Source of the DNA: Octopus vulgaris
Lineage: Eukaryota
Direction: 5' to 3'
Assembly (NCBI GenBank): GCA_951406725.2
Contig: OX597824.1
Span: 99,014,001 to 99,078,000, forward strand
Length of the DNA: 64,000 nt
A program made the translations under genes and the position numbers. A model generated the notes under the pieces. That model did not search any database. It worked only from the letters and a program-made list of their open reading frames with translations, and was not told where the DNA came from. Shown here in pieces: positions 14,356 through 25,837 of the stretch. Numbering within the stretch: position 1 is the stretch's first letter; each line of letters begins with the position of its first letter.

Positions 14356-14460
14356 CTTTTTGATGTTGTAGATCCGAATAAGCATCCCATTTGCGCGATC
14401 ATTTAGGATGGTGAGTTTCTCAGCAATCTTCTGCTGACTGGGTACCAAAGCTCTCGACAT
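14356..14460 (-). CDS. NCKAP1: First coding exon of Nck-associated protein 1 (Nap1/Hem/Kette, WAVE regulatory complex subunit)
   Basis: Translates [35 protein letters not shown] (35 codons), nearly identical to the recalled N-terminus of vertebrate NCKAP1 ([36 protein letters not shown]). Similarity stops exactly at AAG|GTTCGC, a phase-0 GT donor. Confidence 0.95.
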
Positions 14461-14760
14461 CTTTCTTGTGTTCTACAGAAGATGATGTTGATGTTGATGT
14501 TGTTGTTGTAGTTGAATCGATGTGAAACAAGTTGGACCAGAAATGTTCATCGCCCTAAATAAACGCCATAGCAGGCTCACTTTTTGATCTCACACCACAG
14601 CGAGGCTCGCCACACGGTCACAATGCCACTTGTCCCCCGTTAAAAAACACACAACAACCAACTCTTACTCTCACCACTCTATTACTCGCTCGCTTTCCAC
14701 TCCTTCCCTCACTCCTTCTTCTTCTCTCTCTCTCCCTCTCTCTCTTTCTATCTATTTTTA
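14461..14760 (-). promoter_or_regulatory. 5' leader / proximal promoter of NCKAP1, with two uORFs (14569-14555 MAFI*; 14550-14473, 25 aa)
   Basis: Unique, CpG-retaining sequence directly upstream of the ATG, bounded by GA/TA microsatellites. The uORFs were read directly from the sequence. Confidence 0.6.
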
Positions 14761-14901
14761 TAATATATATATTATATATAAATATATATATATATGTATT
14801 ATATATATGTATATATGTATGTATTTATGTATATACCTCCATATATTTACATAGGCGTCCATAAATATATATATTATATATACATAGAAACGTACATATC
14901 A

Positions 14902-15012
<111 letters not shown>

Positions 15013-15088
15013 AATATATATACAAATATACGTAAATATCAGAAACTAAATATGACAAGAGAATAAGACATTATGTAATGAACTTCAT

Positions 15089-15171
15089 TAGCTTAAAGCT
15101 GTTTCTGCTATAAGATGCAATGCACTCATAGTGGAGTGCTTCTGCATGATTTTATAGCTTCATCAGAGCTA
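15089..15171 (-). ncRNA. Type I hammerhead-ribozyme-like motif with extended stem II (Penelope-type, degenerate)
   Basis: Minus strand reads TAGCT-CTGATGA-AGCTATAA..[hairpin]..TTATAGCA-GAAA-CAGCTT-TA-AGCTA. Confidence 0.7.
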
Positions 15172-15436
15172 CAAAAGTGAAATTCAGTTTTATTTAGGAA
15201 AGCATTTATATATTTGGGAAACATCACCAAAATGCAAATCGAGTTTGAGCGGAAAATCCACTCTGAGAAAGCTAAAAGGTGACATACAAGCACTTCACCA
15301 TCAGTGCATTGCATCTTATCACTGAAACAGTTGTAAGCTAATGAAGTCCATGACATAATTCCTTATTCCATTATCATTTATATAATCTCTTTTTACACTA
15401 CGAACTCAACTAATATTTTTCTGTGAAGCCTATATA

Positions 15437-16110
15437 CAGGGTCTGGTGAATAAATTGTCATCTAAATTATGCAAAAATGAAAATAACAGACATCTCATTT
15501 TAACAGATATATTTACCAAAATTACATAAAAATATCTTGAAATACTAAAGAGTAAATTTATTCAATATAATTGCTATTTGGCTTCAACCCTGGCCTCCAG
15601 ACGACTTCAGAATCTCCTACAACTCTTCTGGATGGTCTCCTTGCTTAAGTTGGTGAATACTGCCATAATCCTTGCCTTCAGTTCATCTTTGGTATTACAA
15701 GGAGTTTTGTTGGTCTCTTGCTCAACTGCACCCCACACATAATAATCAAGAGGACTGCAGTCTGGGGAGTTAGGTGGCCAGATGTTAGGGGTGATGTGGT
15801 CACAGAAATTGTCAGACAGTTATGACTGGGTTCTCCTGCTTGTGTGGCATGGTGCAGAGTCCTGTTGCTAGATATAGGGTCTTCCAGCAGCCACCCTCTT
15901 CACCCAGGGCAGCGCTGCCTCCTCCAGCCACTTGATGTAGGCTCCCGTATTGAATCTGAGGCCGTGTGGGAAGATGAATGCAGGCATAACATCGCCATCA
16001 TTAGTGATCACTCCAAACACCATGATGTTGACTAGATTTCTGATTTTTATCACTCTTGGTATATGTTTTCAGATTGACACCCAAATACTCTGAAGTGTTT
16101 GTATTGGAGC
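15437..16110 (-). mobile_element. maT (DD37D) Tc1/mariner transposase relic, 3' half with TIR
   Basis: TA|CAGGG terminus. Translation QQDSAPCHTSRRTQS*LSDNFCDHITPNIWPPNSPDCSPLDYYVWG has 37 residues between the 2nd and 3rd catalytic D, with internal stops. Confidence 0.9.
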
Positions 16111-16450
16111 TTCCGGCATGAATGCCAAGCAGTACAGCAAGTTGTTTCCAAATTTCTGGCAGAGGGAATTGCATCATGGTGTGTTTTTCTCACAGACAGT
16201 GCCCAGCTGACCCTACTATAATGTGTAGTCAACAAAATAAAAGAAAAAAACCAATGTCCAAGCACCAAATTAGAAATATAAAATGGCAACAATTTACCCA
16301 TCGCACCCTAGCATGGAAGGCAGATGTTAAACAATGATGATGATGATGATGATGTGTGTGTGTGTGTATAATACTAGGGATTATAACTCCAAACTTACAG
16401 GGAAAAATTCAATTTAGTATTAAATCAAATTTCACAATATAAATATATAA

Positions 16451-16725
16451 TATATATAAATTAGAGAAAAACCACTATTATGTATTTCAAACAATGATAG
16501 ACATAAACCAAATCATAAATAAAAAATAAAATATATTATAAAACATATAGCTAGATCAAAAAAAGTACAAAAATGAATAAACAATATTTTCCTTATTATA
16601 TATTGTTTATTCATTTTTGTACTTTTTGTGATCTAGTTATTTGTTTTAAAATATATTTTATTTTTTATTTATGATTTGGTTTATATCCATTATTGTTTGA
16701 ATTGCATAATAGTGGCTTTTCTCTA

Positions 16726-16737
<12 letters not shown>
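16451..16737. repeat. Long AT-rich inverted repeat (arms about 137 bp, 12-nt spacer)
   Basis: 16451-16587 is the imperfect reverse complement of 16600-16737. Confidence 0.9.
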
Positions 16738-16781
<44 letters not shown>

Positions 16782-16826
16782 CCACACACATACACAACCA
16801 CATTCATACATACATACATACACACA

Positions 16827-16861
<35 letters not shown>

Positions 16862-16949
16862 TATAGTCAAGACATGCTTGACTAATACATACATATATAT
16901 ATGTGTGTGTGTGCATATATACATATATATATATATATATATATCTATA

Positions 16950-18360
16950 TCATCATCATCATCATCGTCGTTTAACGTCCGTTCTCCATGCTAGCATGGG
17001 TTGGACGGTTCAACTGGGGTCTGGGAAGCCAGAAGGCTGCACCAGGCTCCAGTCTTATCTGGCAGTGTTTCTACAGCTGGATGCCCTTCCTAACGCCAAC
17101 CACTCCGTGAGTGTAGTGGGTGCTTTTTACGTGCCACCTGCACAGGTGCCAGGTGAGGCTGGCGACGGCCACGGTCGGATTGGTGTATTTTATGTGCCAC
17201 CGGCACGGAAGCCAGACGAGGCGGTGCTGGCATTATCCACGAGTCGGATGGTGCTTTTTACGTACCACCAGACCAGGGATCCTGGCTGGTTCAATTCGAT
17301 TTCGATTTTGCTTGCCCCAACATGTCTTCGCAAGCAAGGGGGTTGGCATGGGTGCCTATATATATATATATATATATAATAATCATCATCATTTAATGTC
17401 CATTGTCCATACTGGCATGGGTCGAACAGTTTGACTGGGCTGGCACGCTGGAAAGCTGCACCAGACCCCAATCTAATTTGGCATGGTTTTCTATAGCTGC
17501 CCTTGCTAATGCCAACCACTCCGAGAGTGTAATGAGTGCTTTTATGTTCCACTGGTGCGGGTGCCATTTGCATGACACTGGGATGTATTTACGTGCCACT
17601 GGTACAGGTGCCAATTTGCGTGACACCGGAATCTGCCACAACTGCGATTTTGCTCAGCTTGAAGGGTCTTCTTCTCAAGCACGATATAATGCCTAAGGTC
17701 TTACTCATTGCCTCTGTGAGGTCCAGCACTCGAAAGGAACTCAGCCACTTTGCCTCCGTGAGGCCCAACATTCAAAAGATGTTCTTTACATGCCACCAAC
17801 ACATGTGCACCTGGCTTGACGGGTCCTCTCAAGCACAACACATCAAAGGTTTTGGTCACCAGTCATTGCATCTATGAGATTCAAAGTTTGAAGATCATGC
17901 TTCACCACCTCGTCCCATGTCTTCCTGGGTCTATCTCTACCACAGGTTCCCTCTACAGTTAGAGATTGGCACTTCTTTAAACAGTTGTCCTCGTCCATAT
18001 GCCTCACATGACCATACCAGTGCAGTCTTCTCTCTTGCACACCACATCTGGCCCAACTTTTCTCTCAAGATGCTTACACTCTGTTGAACATGCACACTGA
18101 CATTGCACATCTAACAAAGCATACTGGCTTCATTTCTTTCAAGCCTGTATACATATACACATACATATACTTTATTATCATCATCATCATCATCATCACC
18201 ATCATCATTTAACGTCCGTTTTCCATACTGGAGCTGGTCAGCCAAAGAGCTGTGTGGGCTCCATGTCTGTTTTAGCATGGTTTTCTATAGCTGGATACCC
18301 TTCCTAACACCAACTACTTTACACAGTGTAATGGATGCTTTTATGCAGCAGCACAGGTAT
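16950..18360 (-). mobile_element. Stacked RTE 3' ends / RTE-related non-autonomous elements with (TGA)n tails
   Basis: 17843-18040 encodes an RTE C-terminus (RRLHWYGHVRHM..GRDRPRKTWDEVVKHDL), followed by a long 3' region with GGCGTTAGGAAGGGCATCC and ending AAACGATGATGATG. Three tails at about 16950, 17382 and 18180. Confidence 0.85.
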
Positions 18361-18374
18361 GGTCTACCAGTGGC

Positions 18375-19860
18375 ATATGCTGCACATTCTACCGACCAAC
18401 TATGCACTCTTCTCTTTTAGGCCAGTCTTTTACAGTGCAATGATTGCTGCTGTCGCAGCTGTTCCAAACACACAAGAAGCACATATTTTTGGTAAATCCC
18501 AACTGCAGTTCTAGGAGGAGGGAAATCACCTTTAAATCACCACAAATATTTCACTTATGAACTGAGTAATAAACTCCTTTCAGAAAGAGTTACATCGATT
18601 CATAAGTTTCTTCCATACTGACAACATGACCCACAGGAATGGAAGGATTTTCATTACCATTGTGTGACAATACAGCTTTGAGGCTAACCTTACTCGAGTC
18701 TATAAACAATCTCCATTCATTAGCCACATGCACATGCCTTAGATTTTGCATGAGTGCATTAACGTCAGTACAGAAACAAGCATAATTTTCTTGAAAAAGA
18801 CAGATAAGTCTTTATAGCGAGAATGGAAAATGGAAATTTTCATACACTGCTGTAGGAGATTCCGTTGTTGTAGTTCGGATCCCAAAATTTCTGCCCTCTC
18901 CTTTGACAATTTTAAGTCTCTTACTAAATCGTTCAAATCTTCTTGATGAAACTAACCTGGGTCATTTTTCTTAGAATCAACTATGTACTCTTTGTTGATA
19001 GGAGAGCCCAGGGGTTCATTGTGTGATGTGTCAAGATTTTCAAGTGGAGCATGTGAGAAGGGAACTGGGACAGGGTTCTTGGCGTACGCTACAAAGGTAT
19101 GTGAGACTGGTTTTAGAGCCAACTTACAATCTGCATACAAAATTTTGGCTGTGGACTTCTTTGTAAAACCACTAATATTAGTCATGCAAAAGTAACAATC
19201 AGAGACATGATTGGTTGGCTCACACATTGGTACATCAAAAGGCATTCCCTTCTGTTTTCCATTCAGCCACTGTGTAAGTGCAGCATATATGAGGTGCCCA
19301 CCTCTTGTCTTGGGCCCCAATTTTACACCCAAAATAATATTTCTAGGCAGTTTTTAATTTGGTGGCAATGTTCCTCTGCTGGTCATGCAGAGCAAATTTT
19401 CCACAGACATAACAAAAGTTGTCTGGGTGATTCACACAGCCTCTCCTATTCATGATCTAACACAATGAAAGCAGTTAAAACAGTTATCACGCAGAGCGAG
19501 AGATACACATGGCACACATGATGGCAGCACAAAAGACACTGAGAGTTACCAAGAACAAACTGACATATTTGGCATTGCACACAAGACATCAGTGCCATCT
19601 GGTGCTAAACTAAATAATGAATTTTCTCACCATTTGTTTTATTGCTGTTATTTCTTTAATTTTGAATTAAAACCACTTTCATTTTAGCATATTTTATAAT
19701 ACAGCCTATATCTAGCCAAAAGTATAGTTATAATCTTGCTCATGCACATAACTCAAAATTCTGACATGCCAGAACAATTCTGAGTGCAGATTCGGAATCA
19801 GCATCCTCAATTTAGTCTAAAATACCTGCTTTTACTCCAGTAGCAAAATCTTTGTTATTC
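18375..19860 (-). mobile_element. Chapaev3-like (CMC) DNA transposon relic, 5' half
   Basis: Motifs WLNGKQKGMPFDVP..EPTNHVSDCYFCMTNISG, NDLVRDLKLSKE.AE.LGS.LQQ.NLL, WRLFIDSSK.SLKAVLSHNGN and ICGDLKV. Frameshifted. Family assignment is from memory of these motifs. Confidence 0.75.
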
Positions 19861-20199
19861 ATCAACATATGAGGGTTCCCATGGGCACCCAATCTTAAAC
19901 GCCTGTGTTATGGCCTGGATGACGATCTCACATGCCTGGACAATAATTCATGGATGGAACATTAACAAGTCTTGATATACGACATTAATAAATGTGTTTG
20001 CAGAGAAAAATGTTATGTATCTATTTTGTGTTAAGCCAATTGAATAATTCATATGCTGTAGTGACCAGTGCTAATATCATAAGCAGCCTCACAGGAAGAC
20101 ATTTGGTCATCTGATGTTTCATTCAGCTAAAAATATGTCTTTACTTTAACTTCTCTTGTCAGTCAGATAATTTCTGATTTTTTTTTGCCTGATTTTTAA

Positions 20200-20935
20200 G
20201 TTCGTTTGGGTTTTTGAATTCCCTACGTCTTGCTGCGACTCTAGCAGCCATTTAATAAACCCTCTTCACTATTACCTACATAGGAGTCTATATCTACTCT
20301 AGCTAACTCCACTGAGTCTTCTACTGATACTAACCCTCTTACACCTTCCTTTCTAGGTAGGTATAATATTGCTACTCCTGCCCTTGAGTGGAGTCCTCCA
20401 TTCATACTGAATTCCTTCCTCGTTCTTCTGTTTAGCTTTGCTAATTCAGTTTTTGTTCAAAAGCTGCTGAGTATCTAAGCCATGATACTGCCCAAGTATT
20501 TACAGCCTTCACTAGATTCGAACCATTTCTCTTTGACTTCATTAGCTTCCTCACTCTTATGATGCACTCCTCAACTTTCTCTTTCATTTCTGTAGTTAGT
20601 ACTCTGTCAGATTTTAATACTCTTAGATACTCATAACCCTCTCCTTCTTTCAATGATTTTAATCTGGTGATTGGCTGCCTTTGCTGTTGACTTTCATGTC
20701 CCCTTCTCATGACTAATATTGCACACTTATCTATACCAAATTCCATGCCTGTATCTTTACTGAAGAGTCTTACAGTCTGTATTAAGGAATCTATCCCTTT
20801 TTCATTCTTATTAAAAAGCTTCAGATCATCCATGTAGAGCAAAAATGGTTAATTTTTCCCTTACTACTTCTGCTTTTGCCCTCCTTAATATGAAACTGAA
20901 GGGGATCAAACATAAAACAAATATTAAAGGGATCA
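20200..20935 (-). mobile_element. R4/Dong-type non-LTR retrotransposon, RT fragment
   Basis: LYMDDLKLF..GMEFGIDKCA..NLVKAVNTWAV..LRYSAAF. Confidence 0.85.
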
Positions 20936-20954
20936 TAGATTTAGGGACATCCTA

Positions 20955-22605
20955 ATTGAGAAATTTAATGAACGAGTGGAGGAGCTACAAACTTGACGTA
21001 GAGTGCAACTGGGAATTCCTGTGAGACAGCTTGCTGAATGCCACAGACTAAATCTGAGACTGGTGCAAAGTCCCTTCCAGACCTAGGGTAACGTGTTGGT
21101 GGACCAATACTGTAGACAGAGTTATTAGAGCAAAGAAACAGGCTTGGAAAGCCTGGAAGAGTTGGGGCAAGGGAACTGTATCAGATGACCAGAAGGGAAG
21201 CTAGGAGACAGGTTTATCTAGTTAAGGGAGAAGCAGAAAAGAAGAGGTTTGCCTATGTTCAGCGTCATGAGGACTAAAGAACCAAAGTATTCCAGATTAC
21301 AAAACAGTGTGTGAGAGAAAATTGTGATGCCATAGGAAAGAAATGTGTCTGCATGGATGATGGTGCCCTTCCTTTTAATGATTCTGCAAAGAAAGAGGCT
21401 CAGAGATTCCATTATAAAAGACTGCTGAACACGAAGAATGAATGGAAGGAGGAGAGTCTGCCAAATGTTGACCCAATTGAGGGACCAGCTACCTGAATTG
21501 ACAGTACCCTGATAGATGAAGCAATTAAGGATATGAAGACAGGGAAAGCCCTCCCAACAGCCCATCAGGAATCACCGCTGAGATGCTTAAAATATCTGGT
21601 GGTGTGGGTTATGGTCTAGTCACTCATATTGTAAATCAGGTAGTTCACGAAGGAGTCATATCCAATAACTGGTATGGCAGCACCATAGTCAACTGCTACA
21701 AAGGTAAAGGTGATGCCTTAGATAGAAATAATTACAGAGGTATCAAATTGTTGGATCAGGTGATGAAAGTTACAGAGAGGGTCACAGCCCAACTAATTAG
21801 GGAGAAAGTTAGTTTAGATGAGATGCAGTTTGGTTTTGTGCCAGGGAGAAGCACCGCTGATGCTATAGATCTGGTAAGGTAACTTCAGGAAAATTACCTC
21901 TGTACTTGGCTTTTGTTGGCTAGGAGAAAGCTTTTGAAAAGGTCACCGGATCCCTTATCTGGTGGTCAATGCAGAAACTAGGGATAGATGAGTGGTTGAT
22001 GAGAGCTGTACAAGCCTTGTACGGGGATGCTACCAGTAAGGTGAGGGTGGGCAATGAAGAATTCAGAGTACAAGCAAGGATTCACCAAGGATCGGTGCTC
22101 AGCCCCCTCTTGTTCATCATAGTCCACCAGGCAATAACAGAGGAATCCAAGACAGGCTTCCCCTAGGAGCTCCTCTATGCTGATGACCTTGCTCTTATAG
22201 CTGAATCACTACCTAGACTAGAGAAGAAGTTCCAGGTATGGAAGCAAGGTCTAGAATCAAAGAGCCTTAGAGTTAACCTAACAAAAACCAAAGTCATAGT
22301 AAGTAGGAAGGCAGACAAATCACAAATCCCTTCAGGTAGATGGCCCTGCTCAGTCTGTTGAAAAGGTGTAGGTAGAAACTCCATAAGATGCACCCAGTGT
22401 AAGCTTTGGACACATAAAAAGTGCAGCAACATCAGAGGAAGGTTAACAAGGAAACTAGCTTTTGTATGTGGAAGATGCACAGGTACAATAAATGCTGAAA
22501 ATGTGCAGAAAATAGACTCCATCAACTGCAAGAGGAGCAAGCTGGAGGTAGTAGATAGCTTCCGTTACCTAGGTGACCAAGTTAGTGGTGGAGGTGGATA
22601 CTCAT
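20955..22605 (+). mobile_element. RTE-clade LINE, RT region with Cys-rich insert (decayed)
   Basis: NYRGIKLLDQVMKV, QFGFVPGRST, HQGSVLSPLLF, LLYADDL, and WPCSVC..CTQCKLWTHKKCS. Several stops and frameshifts. Confidence 0.92.
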
Positions 22606-23140
22606 CTAAACTCTTCTGATCTTCCTCACTTAAATCACTTAAGCCATTGGTGCCAGTTGTCCCTTCCTTATTAGTAGCGCTATTACTATTTTCTTTCTTT
22701 AGATTCTTTTTTGCTTTCTTTTCCAGTTCTCTCATGATCTCTTCTACCTCCAATTCTGTCATCCATTTCCTTCCCCTAATAGCATTAGCTTGATCAACTA
22801 ATCTCTCTGCTCAGTCACTTTAAACATAGCCCTCTCTACCCAAAGTGGTAACATCCATTTTCTATAGCCCCTTTCTTTTAGGTTCACTTTTTAAGTAGCA
22901 CTGCATCATTATCCTGTTTTCCTTCACTGGTTCCCTTCCTCCTCCTGACCCTATTATCTACTGATGCCCTTTTAGGATAACAGCTGTGGTCACTCTGCAT
23001 CTTTGCTGAACCACTGCTGAGCAAGAGGCATTCCCTTAAAGGTCCAGCCTTGTTTTTGCTGTTACAGCCAGAGTTTCTACAGAAAATCCTGTCTCTTATA
23101 AACTGAAGTAAGATAATGGTCATCGCCCACATCACCACTA
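22606..23140 (-). mobile_element. R4/Dong-type element, 5' part
   Basis: LVDQANAIRGRKWMTELEVEEI is typical of the R4/Dong N-terminal region. Begins next to an (ACA)n(ATA)n tract. Confidence 0.6.
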
Positions 23141-23559
23141 TTATTATTGTTGTTGTTGTCGTTGTTGTTGTTGCTCTGATTCCAATGATGTTGATGGTTA
23201 TTGTTCTTAGAAATTCTGTTTATTGGTTGCAATATTGATCACGGCTGGTTGCTATTGATCTATATTGATGGTCAGCTTGCTAAATAATTAAAATGACCAC
23301 TCCAGTTATATCTATCCACTTAATTAGTTGATTTTGTTATGAGGTACCATATTGTAAATACTGGAACACTGCAGGCGCGGTGGGGGAGCTGTGGATTATG
23401 AGGTTATGGTGGGGGGGGGGTATCTAGAAGTGGATAACTGTTCAAGACAATTATAGTGTTGGGTAATTAATTAGATTAATGGGTTTATAGTGTGTGGCTA
23501 TATAGTGATGGATTACTGTAGTCTAAGGGGTTTATAATGATGGTATGTAACAATTAAAA

Positions 23560-24690
23560 TGAGAGGAAGAAAAAATATTTTTAGAAATGGTCCTTTATTT
23601 TCATCATTGCAATGTAAGATATAACATTTTCAAGATGTAGCAAGCATAATGATTATTTGCAGTCGTCCTCTTTGGGCTGATAAGTATATTGGGTAAAAGT
23701 TGTCGTGCAATGAGAATTTGTAAGTGAAGGGAGAAAAATAGATGTTTTTCGGTGAGGTACCATTTAACCAAAGAGACAGAACCGATTTGGGATTCTGTAT
23801 TTATATTTCTTCTAATTAAAGTAGGTCTCAGGTTAGACAAAGGGTTTTCTGTCTTCTCTCTGACTGAACCTTATTTAACCTATGAATGTTAATTTAATAT
23901 AAATCAACTACTTATGACTGTTGATACTCATAAACTTTTAAGTGGAAAAGCTAAGAAAAATAGGAAAGGAATTGACAGAAAAATGTAGATTTGGTTTCAA
24001 ACCCTGGCTTAGAATCTAGGAAACTGTTTGTCACAGGATATAGAGATGAATATAGAGTTATGGGATTATTGTGATGGATTACAATGGCTATAGAATTCAT
24101 AGTATATGTTGCTGAACAACTGTGGATTATAAGATTAGTGATGGATTCTATAAAGTAATCATAACGAGCAGTGTCAATTAACATGGATCATTTATTAATG
24201 ATATCAGATGCTTAACACAGATACACTTACAGCTGGTCTTGTCAGTTTTTCAGGGTCAATAGTTAACATCTCACCAGTGTTACACTGAGCCCACAGTCAG
24301 CACTCCAATAGCTCAGTCTATATAGCTGTAAATAGGTATCATGGGTAGGTATCAGATTAATATTGGGAAAACAAAGAACATTGTTGAGTTGGGGTTGGAT
24401 GAATTTGTGTTTAGTGTTAAGGGTTAGGGTTGAGATGCAATTAAATGCATGTATGCTCCACACATTCACCTCCACTGCCCCCATACAAACCCAGATTGCT
24501 CCCTGAGAATAAAACAGCCCTTTATTGGATACATACGTAAGCATGTAAAGGATTTTCCACACATTAATTTAAGTGAAACACTCTTTTCGTAAAACCATCT
24601 TAACAATAGACAAGCTTTCTTCCCTGGAACCAGATTTCTGGTTTCTTGTTTGGTGTAAATGTCACAGATGGATCTCAGTCTACTGACAAT
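23560..24690 (-). mobile_element. Possible highly decayed Penelope-like RT
   Basis: Weak motifs in the expected order (FYSQG..CMG, ..SFLD..). Confidence 0.3.
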
Positions 24691-24704
24691 AAATCTCTCC
24701 CTCA

Positions 24705-24935
24705 AGGCGGTGAGGAGCTGGCAGAATCGTTAGCATGCCGGGCGAAATGCTTAGTGGTATTTCATGTTCTGTTATGTTCTGAGTTCAAATTCTGCTGAGG
24801 TTGACTTTGCCTTTCATCATTTTGGAGTCAATTAAATAAGTACCAGTTATGCACTGGGGTCGATGTAATCGACTTAATCCCTCTGTCTGTCCTTGTTTGT
24901 CTCCTCTATGTTTAGCCCCCTCTGGGCAATAAAGA
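24705..24935 (+). mobile_element. Meta-core tRNA SINE with 17-bp TSD
   Basis: Full head and core. Flanked by AATAAATCTCTCCCTCA at 24688-24704 and 24936-24952. Confidence 0.9.
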
Positions 24936-25374
24936 AATAAATCTCTCCCTCACTGAGATTCACTTCTATTGGACAAGGAACTAAAATTTTTGACCACCCC
25001 CACCCCCACCCATCCTTTCAAAGAAAAATCAGGTGACTGTGAAATGGAGGGTTTTGATTGGTGGATGACTTAAATGCACACGCCCACTGTCATATGTTGC
25101 CAAAATATTTGGTAGCATATCACCTAAAAGATATTCTAAAGTGTATTATTTTAAGAAGTGGCACTTAATGAAAACATGAATTTACTTACAGTTACACGAT
25201 GTTGCATACTGTTACATATCAAATTATATATCAAGTCATATAAGGCACTTGTGTTATGATTAAATACAAAATGGAAATATGAAGTAATACCCCAAAATAC
25301 TTATTTGTATAAATTACACTACATAAAATTAACCAATTATTCCTTTTATATATATATATAAAATAAAATCAACC

Positions 25375-25768
25375 TTTGACTGTTGGGCCTGATGGAGGCA
25401 AAGTGGCTGAGTTCCTTTTGAGCACTGGGCCTCATGGAGGCAAAGTGGCTGAGCTCTTTTCAAGTGTTGGGCCTCATGGAGGCAATGACCAAGACCTTTG
25501 GCATTATGTCATGCTTGAGAAGAAGACCCATCAAGCTGAGCAAAATCACAGTCGTGGCAGATACCAGTGTCATGCAAATGGCACCCATGCCAGTGGCATG
25601 TAAAAGCACCCATTACACTCTTGGAGTGGGTGGCGTTAGGAAGGGCATCCAGCTGTAGAAAACCATGCCAAATCAGGCTGGAGTCTGGTGCAGCCTTCCA
25701 GCGTGCCAGCCCGGAAAAAACCCATCAAACTCATGCCAGCATGGACAACGGATATTAAATGATGATGA

Positions 25769-25772
<4 letters not shown>
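25375..25772 (+). mobile_element. RTE 3' region with (TGA)n tail
   Basis: Reverse-complement match to 17382-17770. Confidence 0.85.
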
Positions 25773-25813
<41 letters not shown>

Positions 25814-25837
25814 CATATATATATATATATGTATATA

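Noticed and set aside
17115-17275. CRISPR-like repeat-spacer appearance
   Set aside because: Eukaryotic retroelement region; linkers are mutually related and there are no cas genes.
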